Source of the DNA: an uncultured delta proteobacterium
GTDB taxonomy: Bacteria; Myxococcota_A; Polyangia; Polyangiales; Polyangiaceae
Direction of reading: 5' to 3'
DNA length: 64,000 nucleotides
Assembly (NCBI GenBank): GCA_963806225.1
Contig: CAWDXG010000004.1
Span: 384,001-448,000 of the forward strand
The notes under the pieces are model-generated. The model saw only the letters and a list, made by a program, of their open reading frames with translations, did not search any database and was not told where the DNA came from. The translations under genes were made by a program, and so were the position numbers. Shown one piece after another: positions 1 to 11,712 of this stretch; the first letter of the stretch is position 1; each line of letters begins with the position of its first letter.

Positions 1-275
1 AGCGCCACGCTGGTGAACACCACTGCGGCACGGGCCCGCGCCGTCATGTAGGCCATGAGCAGCGCGAACGCCGTCTTGCCCACGCCGGGAGCACCGGAGA
101 TGCTCATCAATGTTCCGGTCCGGAGCCCACCCGACAGCATGCGGTCCAGCGTCTGCAGCCCGGTCGGCGTCGCCGGCGTCAGCACGCCGAGGCGGGTGGT
201 CACGTCGACCTGGATGCCGCTGAGGGAGACGGGAGCGCCTGACGGTGCAGGCGTGCGGTCGCGAGTGGAGTTCAC
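1..275 (-). CDS. RecA-superfamily P-loop ATPase (DnaB_C/KaiC/RadA-like), 5' part only, runs off the window
   Basis: Manual translation from GTG at 275: ...PTGLQTLDRMLSGGLRTGTLMSISGAPGVGKTAFALLMAY... (TG-x3-LD-x2-L-x-GG plus Walker A). Not in the ORF track. Confidence 0.75.
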   Translation of the reverse strand, partial: MNSTRDRTPAPSGAPVSLSGIQVDVTTRLGVLTPATPTGLQTLDRMLSGGLRTGTLMSISGAPGVGKTAFALLMAYMTARARAAVVFTSVA

Positions 276-437
276 GCCCGCACGATACCCGAGGCGCCGC
301 TGGATCGCGGATCCCAAATCGAGACGGCAGCGCGCGGCATCCGGCTGTCCCGTCCCGTTCCGGGAACGCGATCGGCGGCGATCATCGGAAAATCCGTGAA
401 TTCGACACCTGGCACGGCCCTCGCAAATCGCCGGAGC

Positions 438-698
438 ATGGCCACAAAGAAGCCCCATGCGGCCGCGCTCGCGCTCGCCAGCGACGGCACCCTTCTGCTC
501 AACGTGGCTGGCGAAACCGGCGACGACGACCTGGATGAGCTGCTCGAACGAGCCAAGGCAAGCTCGGACAGCGTCTTCGTCGGCATCCCTCTGAGCGCCG
601 CAGAAGCGCGGCGCGTAGCCCAGCGACTGGAACACTCGGGCGCCGAGGCAGCAGCGGTCCTCTTCGCCGCACGGAAGAAGCGGGGCCGCCGGCGCTAG
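438..698 (+). CDS. Small hypothetical protein
   Basis: GGAG then ATG at 438; typical codon bias; basic C-terminal tail; stop overlaps the convergent gene. Confidence 0.55.
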   Translation: MATKKPHAAALALASDGTLLLNVAGETGDDDLDELLERAKASSDSVFVGIPLSAAEARRVAQRLEHSGAEAAAVLFAARKKRGRRR

Positions 699-2008
699 CC
701 GAGCGCGCCCGTCTGCGCGTACAGCACCCGGAGCAGATCCGAACGCGACAGGATCCCCACCAGCCGGCCGTCCCGAAGCACCGGCAGACGGCCGACGTCG
801 GCGGCCGTCATCCGCTCCAGCGCGTCGTCCAGCGTCGCGTCCAGCGTCGTCGTCTTCACGTTGTGCGACATGCAGCTCGACACCGGCAGATGCAGACGGC
901 CATCGCGCTCCGCCTTCTCGACATCCCGGCGCGACACGATCCCCACCAGGCGGCCGTCATCGACTACCGGCACGCCGGTATGGCGCCAGGTCCGGAGCGA
1001 GTCGCGCAGCTGGGCCAGGATCATGTCAGGAGCCACCGTACGCACCGGGCTCGACATGATGTCCGCCACGCGCGCCGCCCGCGGTGGTCCGCTCTGCAGC
1101 GCTTCGAGCAGCCTGCGGCGCACCGCCGCCACGTCGGCGTCATGGACGATCGCCGCTCCAGCCGACGGGTGCCCTCCCCCGCCGACGACCTCCAACACGG
1201 CGCCCACGTCCACCCGCGGCGAGCGCGATCGGGCCACGATCTGGATGCGGCGCCCGCCGATCGGATACATCGCGAACAACGCCGCGTGCCCTTCCAGCTC
1301 GGCAACCTCGGTGGTCACCTCGGCGAGCCCCGTGAACGCGTGCTCCAGCGGTGTCACCACGAAGCCGATGTCGAACCCATCCACGTCCTCGACCTCGACC
1401 GCACCGAGCATGCGCGCGAGCGTCTCGCGCTGCTCGGGGGTGAAAGCCGGCCGCAGATAGCGCCCGATGACCTTCAGGCTTGCTCCCTGATCGAGCAGCC
1501 ACGCCACCGCACGGGCGTCGCGCGACGTGGTGGTGGCGTAGCCGAGCGAACCGGTGTCGGCGTAGATGCCGAGCACGAACAGCGTCGCCTCCAGCGTGTC
1601 CACGTCGAGGCCTCGAAGCTGGATTTGCTCGACCAGCAGCGTGGTCGCCGAGCCAACCGGCTGCACGACCTCCACGGTGCCCAGGAGATCGTCTTCGGCG
1701 GCGGCGTGGTGGTCGTAGACGTGCACCTCGAGCTCGCCACGCTCGACGCGGTCGAGCAGCTCGCGGAAGTTATCGAGCCGGCTCCTGCGCCGGAAGTCCA
1801 CGACCACCAGCAGCGTCACGCTGTCCGGGTCGATGTCGGTGTAGCGGACCGTCGGGAACCGGTCCTTGTGCAGCGCCAGGAAATCGACCAGCCCGGTGCC
1901 GAGCCGGCGCCCGAGCACGATGCGGGCCTCCGGGTACAGCTTGCCGGCGGCGACGCAGCCAGCCAGGCCGTCGAAGTCCGCCATTTCGTGGGTGATGATC
2001 GCCTGCAC
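695..2008 (-). CDS. DHH/DHHA1 phosphoesterase with C-terminal CBS pair
   Basis: Motifs THEMADFDG, VVVD, VYDHH, GIYADTGS, GGGGHPSA, then two CBS repeats (VADIMSSPV...GVPVVDDGRLVGIVSRRD; ...LPVLRDGRLVGILSRSD). GGAGG upstream of GTG at 2008. Confidence 0.85.
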   Translation of the reverse strand: MQAIITHEMADFDGLAGCVAAGKLYPEARIVLGRRLGTGLVDFLALHKDRFPTVRYTDIDPDSVTLLVVVDFRRRSRLDNFRELLDRVERGELEVHVYDHHAAAEDDLLGTVEVVQPVGSATTLLVEQIQLRGLDVDTLEATLFVLGIYADTGSLGYATTTSRDARAVAWLLDQGASLKVIGRYLRPAFTPEQRETLARMLGAVEVEDVDGFDIGFVVTPLEHAFTGLAEVTTEVAELEGHAALFAMYPIGGRRIQIVARSRSPRVDVGAVLEVVGGGGHPSAGAAIVHDADVAAVRRRLLEALQSGPPRAARVADIMSSPVRTVAPDMILAQLRDSLRTWRHTGVPVVDDGRLVGIVSRRDVEKAERDGRLHLPVSSCMSHNVKTTTLDATLDDALERMTAADVGRLPVLRDGRLVGILSRSDLLRVLYAQTGALG

Positions 2009-2109
2009 GCGTGCCCCCGCCTCCCGAATCTTCGTCCCCGGAGCGCGGGGCGCAAGCGGGCGCGTTTCCCCTGTGGCGCGTTCCCTGCTAACCAGCGCTA
2101 CATCGGCAG

Positions 2110-2748
2110 ATGTCGTTCTTCGCCTACTGCGCGGCCGCCACCGCAGCCGGCCTGCTCGGCCTGCTGCTCGCCGAAGCGAGCGGCTCCCGCTCGCGCGTGT
2201 GGATCGCCAAACCGCTGGCTTCCGCCGGATTCGTCCTGGCCGCCTGGGGAGCTGGCGCGCTCGGGAGTCCGTACGGCCGCGCGGTGCTCGTCGCGCTCGC
2301 CCTGTGCTGGCTTGGCGACGTGCTCTTGATCCCGTCGGGGCGAGCCGCCTTCCTCGGCGGACTCGGCAGCTTCCTCGCCGGACACATCGCCTTTGCCACC
2401 GCCTTCGTGCTGCGCGGCGTGACACCGGTAGCGACGGGCGTCACGTTCGCGCTGATGCTGCCCGTCGTTGCCTGGGTCTGGCGCTGGCTCGCGCCGCGGC
2501 TCGACGGCGCCATGCGCATCGCGGTGCCCGCCTACATCGCCGTGATCGCGATCATGGTCGCCCTCGCCGCCGGCAGCGCGTGGCAACGGCCCGGCTGGCT
2601 GCTGCTCGCCGGTGCGGTGCTGTTCTTCGTCTCCGATCTGTCGGTCGCCCGCGATCGCTTCGTCCGCACCGGCCTCGTCAATCGCCTCTGGGGCCTGCCG
2701 CTCTACTACGCCGCGCAGCTCCTCTTCGCCGCCAGCGTCGGACGCTAG
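2110..2748 (+). CDS. Lysoplasmalogenase, YhhN/TMEM86 family membrane protein
   Basis: Multi-TM protein with KPL, GDVLL, FLxGLxSFLxGH, FFVSD and YYAAQ motifs. Confidence 0.85.
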   Translation: MSFFAYCAAATAAGLLGLLLAEASGSRSRVWIAKPLASAGFVLAAWGAGALGSPYGRAVLVALALCWLGDVLLIPSGRAAFLGGLGSFLAGHIAFATAFVLRGVTPVATGVTFALMLPVVAWVWRWLAPRLDGAMRIAVPAYIAVIAIMVALAAGSAWQRPGWLLLAGAVLFFVSDLSVARDRFVRTGLVNRLWGLPLYYAAQLLFAASVGR

Positions 2749-2919
2749 CGACAAGCCGATTCCCGCTGGCTTGCGTCGAGCCTCCCTGAAAAATATCTAT
2801 CCTGCGGGAATCAGCCGGAGCGCCGGAACCGACGACGGTCACGTGGCAGGCGTCCGGCAGATCGCCTACACGGAGCTCGGGGGGTGTCGACAAGGATCGA
2901 TAGATCCGGGTCCCATGTA

Positions 2920-3010
2920 CCCGGTGGGCGTCTATTCGAGCAGCTGGTCCGGCTCGCGCGTCCCGGTGGGCGTCTATTCGAGCGGCTGGCCGGGCTCGCG
3001 CGTCCCGGTG
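2920..3010. repeat. 42-bp tandem repeat, about 2.2 copies, intergenic
   Basis: cccggtgggcgtctattcgagc(a/g)gctgg...ggctcgcgcgt at 2920-2961 and 2962-3003, partial third copy to 3010. Confidence 0.85.
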
Positions 3011-3038
3011 CGCCTGCGAGGGTCCATGATCGCTTCAT

Positions 3039-3087
3039 ATTTCCACCGGAAATCGCTCTTGACGGTCTGATCTTCTGCAACCACCAT
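3039..3087 (+). promoter_or_regulatory. Putative operator palindrome next to a sigma70-like -35 box
   Basis: ATTTCC-acc-GGAAAT (3039-3053), TTGACG at 3059, weak -10 (CACCAT) 17 nt later, upstream of the 3133 gene. Confidence 0.3.
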
Positions 3088-3132
3088 CTGCGCGTCGGTT
3101 TCCGCCTTGCCCATGCGGGATGGAGGATGCTC

Positions 3133-4101
3133 ATGAAAACTCTTCGCCTCTCGTTTTTCGCCGTTTTCGCCGGGACGGCTCTGCTCGCCACCTCCTGCGC
3201 CACCCCCACCGGTGTGCCCTGGGGAGCATCCTGCGCGCCCGCGTGCGGTCCTGGCTTTTTCTGCGCCGCGAACGGGCAGTGCGTTCCGTCCAACGGCAAG
3301 GGCGGCGGCGGGAACAACCCGAGCAACGGAACCGGGAACGGTGGAGGAAACAGTAGCGGGAGCAACCAGGGTACGGGCGGCGGATCCGGCGCCGGCATTC
3401 CAGGCTCCGGCACCGGAAGCGGGAGCGGCGGGGGAAGCAGCAGCGGAGGCAGCCCGGGCGCCGGAAGCGGAAGCGGCGGAAGCAACCCGGGCAGCGGAAG
3501 TGGGAGCGGCGGAAGCAACCAGGGCACCGGCGGCCAGACGGGTGGCGGCTCCGGTTCCGGAACTCCCGGCGGCACCGGCGGCGGCACCGGCGGCGGCACC
3601 GGCGGCGGGACGACCAAAGCCTACTGCGCATCCTGTGCCTCCGATGCGGACTGCGGGGGCGGCAACAACTACTGCCTCGCGTTCAGCTTCGGCGACTACT
3701 GCGGAACGGACTGCAGCAGCGGTCAGTCGTGCCCGAGCGGAGCGCACTGCGCGCAGATCGGCGACGGCTCTGGAAACGTGATCGGGATGAACTGCGTTCC
3801 GTCCGGAACAAGCTGCTCGGGCGGCGGCAGTGGAGGCAGCACCGGCGGCAGCGGCAGCGGCGGCAGCGGCGGCTCGGGGTCAGGCTCCTGCACCACGGAC
3901 ACCTGGTCCAGCTTCGGCAACGCGTTCTTCCAGAACTACTGCAACAACTGCCACGGCAGCAAATACGCTTCGCAGTCCAACGTGCAGGCGCAGCTCAACT
4001 CCGTCTATTCCTCCATCTCGTCGGGGTCCATGCCGACGGGCGGGCTCTCCAGCAGCACGCGCACCCGCATCCTCAACTACCTGAACTGCGGCGCGCCCTG
4101 A
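3133..4101 (+). CDS. Gly/Ser-rich, Cys-rich lipoprotein with C-terminal c-type cytochrome-like domain
   Basis: GGAGG RBS; signal peptide ending LATSC; two Cys-rich modules separated by Gly/Ser linkers; C-terminal YCNNCHG (CXXCH) and SGSMP. Confidence 0.75.
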   Translation: MKTLRLSFFAVFAGTALLATSCATPTGVPWGASCAPACGPGFFCAANGQCVPSNGKGGGGNNPSNGTGNGGGNSSGSNQGTGGGSGAGIPGSGTGSGSGGGSSSGGSPGAGSGSGGSNPGSGSGSGGSNQGTGGQTGGGSGSGTPGGTGGGTGGGTGGGTTKAYCASCASDADCGGGNNYCLAFSFGDYCGTDCSSGQSCPSGAHCAQIGDGSGNVIGMNCVPSGTSCSGGGSGGSTGGSGSGGSGGSGSGSCTTDTWSSFGNAFFQNYCNNCHGSKYASQSNVQAQLNSVYSSISSGSMPTGGLSSSTRTRILNYLNCGAP

Positions 4102-4114
4102 GTCGGCGGCGCCG

Positions 4115-8530
<4,416 letters not shown>

Positions 8531-8560
8531 CGCCGGACTATAGCGCGCAGCCTAGGCCGA

Positions 8561-9337
8561 TCACGCGGGCTGGTGCCACCCTGCTGTCAGCAGCGTGAGA
8601 TCCTGGACGATCTCGATGCCGGCGGCAGGCGCCTCGACCGCGACATCGGCCCCGAGCCGGAAAGCGAACCCGCCCAGCAGGTAGCGGCACTCGAGCTCCG
8701 GCTCGAGCTCTGCGCGCAGGCTGCTCACGAGGTCGCTGGCGACTCGCGCCGAGTGGGGCAGCGCGCAGGAAAACCCGATCGCCGACGGACGAAGCCGGCG
8801 TGCCAACGCTATCATCTCGCTCAGTGGAATCGCGGGGCTGACGACCTCTGCGCTCACGCCGCGAGCTGCCAGTAGATGCGCAGCGAAACGCACTCCAAGC
8901 GTATGCTGGTTTCCGGGTGTCTGGAACAGCAGCGCGCTCGGCGGCGCTGTCCTCACCGGTCTGGGGAGCGTGGCGAATACCTGCTCGCACCAACTCGTCA
9001 AGAAGTGCTCCGCGGCAACCGACATGCGGCCGGCCTGCCACTCGAGCCCGGCTCGATATAGAGCCGGCTGCAGCACGGCGACAAGAATGGAGTCGTCCGG
9101 TAGGCCGAGCTCTCTGGCTTCCTGGATCGCAACCTGACAGGTGTCCCAGTCTCGAGACTCTGCTGCGGCAAGCAACCCATACACCAGTGTTCGCACCTGG
9201 TCGGTCGTTTCTACCAGTGGCACGTCGCGTTCGAGCTGCGCTTCACACCGTTCGCAGATTCCGTGGGAAAAGGATGGATCATCGTAGGGAGCGAGCTCGC
9301 CAAGAAAGGTCTGGCAATAGCAGCACCAGCGGATCAC
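8561..9337 (-). CDS. Cobalamin (B12)-binding domain protein of CarH/AerR type with N-terminal Cys zinc ribbon
   Basis: GTG start overlaps the upstream TGA (GTGA). WCCYC...SHGICERC; W-x9-EH (WQAGRMSVAAEH); GNQHTLG; GFSCAL; LLGGFAF. Confidence 0.82.
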   Translation of the reverse strand: MIRWCCYCQTFLGELAPYDDPSFSHGICERCEAQLERDVPLVETTDQVRTLVYGLLAAAESRDWDTCQVAIQEARELGLPDDSILVAVLQPALYRAGLEWQAGRMSVAAEHFLTSWCEQVFATLPRPVRTAPPSALLFQTPGNQHTLGVRFAAHLLAARGVSAEVVSPAIPLSEMIALARRLRPSAIGFSCALPHSARVASDLVSSLRAELEPELECRYLLGGFAFRLGADVAVEAPAAGIEIVQDLTLLTAGWHQPA

Positions 9338-9966
9338 GGGGCGTCCCCCTCCGGCGCCGACAAGTGCGAGAGCGCCAACTCGAGCGCGGAGCTGCACGCA
9401 CGCGACCATGCCGGGTCGCCAGCAGCACCTGAGCAGAACCACTCCACGAGTTCCCTGTAGTGGGTGCCGACTCCGACAGCGTGGTCGACAACAGCACCAG
9501 CGATGAGGAGCCCCGCACCGCGGCGCTCCGGCGCCCTCGCCCCTGCTGCGCGGCACAGTGACTCGCATTCTCGGAATACCGCGTCCTCCAGCACTTCGAG
9601 CCGCGCGCCACGAAGGCCGGCCGCGAGAGCGAGAAACCGATTGCCCGGCATGTGACGTTCCCGCGACCAGAGTCGGCCGAGGCTCTCCAGCTGGTACTCC
9701 AACAGGATGCTGGGCATGCCCCTGGGAGCCAGCACCCGGCTGAGCCAACCCACCTGCTGTCGCCACGTCCTGTCGTCCTGCCCGAGCAAGGTCACGAGGT
9801 AGGCGGCATCACTGCGCCCGAACGCGCGTCCGCGTTCAGCGTAGCGCCAGGCAAAATACGGAAACGCGCGCCACATGACCCTGGCGGAACGCTCCGCCAG
9901 CTCGCGGTCGCCGGGATCGCTGGGGGCCGGAGTGTCGCCCGCGTCGGGGTTCAACGGGTTAATCAT
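9334..9966 (-). CDS. Conserved hypothetical helical protein, possibly globin/phycobiliprotein-like
   Basis: ATG overlaps the end of the ABM gene. Segment FPYFAWRYAERGRAFGRSDAAYLVTL...QVGWLSRVLAPRGMPSILLEYQLESL. Confidence 0.7.
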   Translation of the reverse strand: MINPLNPDAGDTPAPSDPGDRELAERSARVMWRAFPYFAWRYAERGRAFGRSDAAYLVTLLGQDDRTWRQQVGWLSRVLAPRGMPSILLEYQLESLGRLWSRERHMPGNRFLALAAGLRGARLEVLEDAVFRECESLCRAAGARAPERRGAGLLIAGAVVDHAVGVGTHYRELVEWFCSGAAGDPAWSRACSSALELALSHLSAPEGDAP

Positions 9967-10279
9967 CCCGTGACTCCCGAAACACGACGGCGAACTGCTC
10001 CAACTTCCCGCCGGAGCCCGCTTCCACCGCGCCGAGGCCGGCGTGGGCGCGACCGTGAGCACGCGCGTGGTCGCCGCTCTTCATGTACCTGACGAAGTCG
10101 GAGCGCGTCTCCCAGCGGGTCACGAGCACGTAGCGCCCTTGACTGCGGATATCCCGCCACAGCTCCAGCCCGAGGAAGCCCGCATGACCGTCGACCAGTC
10201 GCGCCCGGTCCTGGAACGCGCGCTCGAGAGCGGGCATCTGCTCGACCGGGACCACGATTTCGGAGCGGCTCAGGAACAT
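9959..10279 (-). CDS. Antibiotic biosynthesis monooxygenase (ABM) domain protein, IsdG/HmoA heme-degrading monooxygenase-like
   Basis: F-x2-R...GFLGLEL...YVLVTRWETRSDF-x2-Y-x2-S-x2-H-x2-AH pattern, 106 aa. Confidence 0.8.
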   Translation of the reverse strand: MFLSRSEIVVPVEQMPALERAFQDRARLVDGHAGFLGLELWRDIRSQGRYVLVTRWETRSDFVRYMKSGDHARAHGRAHAGLGAVEAGSGGKLEQFAVVFRESRDD

Positions 10280-10412
10280 GACAGCACGAAGAGTCTACAA
10301 CCGGCTTCTCGCAGCGCCAGCCGGCCAGATCGGGCGAAACCCGCTTGAGGCCGCGCTGGGCGATTGATAGCGTCACGGCGCGTCCAGGTTCGGGCGCACT
10401 GGAGGAGTGGCT

Positions 10413-10766
10413 ATGCAGATTTGGAAGCTGGTGGGTGTGGCAGCGGTGGGCCTGGTTGTCGTGGGCTGCAAGAGCGACGTGAAGCGCTTCGTCAAGCTCG
10501 ATACGATGAAGGCGCAGGCCTACACGGACGGGAACGGCGACTGCGACAAGATCGCCAAGAACTACTCCGAATGGAAGAGCAAGTACGGCAAGGAGTACAA
10601 GTCTCTCCAGACGAAGCTCAACGGCAAGTACCACGGCAAAGCGGAGATCGAGAAAGCCTTCGGTTCCAACGCGGACCAGATGAAGGCGAACAAGAAGATC
10701 GTCATCGGCTCGATCTTCAAGTGCATGAACAACGACGCCTACAAGAAGGCCGTCGAGTCGCACTGA
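10413..10766 (+). CDS. Hypothetical lipoprotein
   Basis: GGAGGAG RBS; signal peptide with lipobox VVGC; Lys-rich; strong codon bias. Confidence 0.8.
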   Translation: MQIWKLVGVAAVGLVVVGCKSDVKRFVKLDTMKAQAYTDGNGDCDKIAKNYSEWKSKYGKEYKSLQTKLNGKYHGKAEIEKAFGSNADQMKANKKIVIGSIFKCMNNDAYKKAVESH

Positions 10767-10801
10767 AGCGAGCGCGCCGCGCGGCGATGTGACGAGCCGG
10801 G

Positions 10802-10840
10802 GTGGCCCCGGGCGCGCCGGAGGCGCGCGTTTGGGGCCAC
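10802..10840. terminator. GC hairpin between convergent genes
   Basis: gtggcccc...ggggccac outer stem with inner gcgcgcc/ggcgcgc. Confidence 0.45.
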
Positions 10841-10899
10841 GCGGCGGCGGGAGCCGCCGCGACGTCAGGTGACGGACGGTACTGGGGCAGCCCCAGCGA

Positions 10900-11691
10900 T
10901 CAGGACCTCGGCGCGGCGATCTTCGCTTCCATCGACTGCTTGAAGGTTGTGAGGATGTCGACGGGCAGCGGGAAGACGACGGTGGTGTTCTTTTCCACGC
11001 CGATCTCGACGAGCGTCTGCAGGTAGCGGAGCTGCAGCGCGGCGGTGGTCTGCTCGAGGATCTGCGCGGCCTCGTGCAGTTTCTGCGACGACTGGAACTC
11101 GCCTTCGGCCGCGATCACCTTGGCGCGCCGCTCGCGCTCGGCTTCGGCCTGACGTGCCATGGCGCGGCGCATGATGTCGGGCAGCTCGATGTCCTTGATC
11201 TCCACCGCGGAAACCTTGATGCCCCAGACGTCGGTGGCCTCGTCGATGATCTTCTGCAGCGCCTGGCCGATCTTCTCGCGCTCGGCGAGGACCTGGTCGA
11301 GGTCGTGCTGACCCAGGATGTTGCGCAGCGTGGTCTGCGCGTAGAGCGACGTGGCCACGTAGTAGTTGGCGATCTTGAGCACGGCGTCGGTCGGATTCAT
11401 CACGTTGAAGTAGACGACCGCATTGACGCTGATGGTCACGTTGTCCTTCGTGATCACCTCCTGGGGCGGCACGTCCAGCGTCACCGTGCGAAGATCGATC
11501 TTCACCATGCGGTCGACGAACGGCAGGATCAGCCGGAGGCCTGGGTTCTTGACCAGCGCGGGGTCGACGCGGCCGAGCCGGAACAGCACGCCGCGCTCGT
11601 ATTCGTTCACGATCCGGATCGATTTGAGGAGGGTCAGCATGCCCATGAACAGGATGACTGCCAGGCCGATAACCGCGGTGTCGATTTGCAT
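10900..11691 (-). CDS. SPFH/band-7 (stomatin-like slipin) protein
   Basis: EYERGVLFRLG, PPQEVITKDNV, WGIKVSAVEIKD, QAEAERERRAKVIAAEGE, LQLRYLQTL. Confidence 0.93.
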   Translation of the reverse strand: MQIDTAVIGLAVILFMGMLTLLKSIRIVNEYERGVLFRLGRVDPALVKNPGLRLILPFVDRMVKIDLRTVTLDVPPQEVITKDNVTISVNAVVYFNVMNPTDAVLKIANYYVATSLYAQTTLRNILGQHDLDQVLAEREKIGQALQKIIDEATDVWGIKVSAVEIKDIELPDIMRRAMARQAEAERERRAKVIAAEGEFQSSQKLHEAAQILEQTTAALQLRYLQTLVEIGVEKNTTVVFPLPVDILTTFKQSMEAKIAAPRS

Positions 11692-11712
11692 TTCCAGGAC
11701 CTTTCTCGATTT

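Noticed and set aside
3290..3890. PE-PGRS or collagen-like assignment for the Gly-rich proteins
   Set aside because: No PE domain or G-X-Y periodicity; they are low-complexity linkers in lipoproteins.
10280..10412. Cobalamin riboswitch upstream of the B12-domain operon
   Set aside because: The intergenic region is short and I could not find the conserved B12-box elements.
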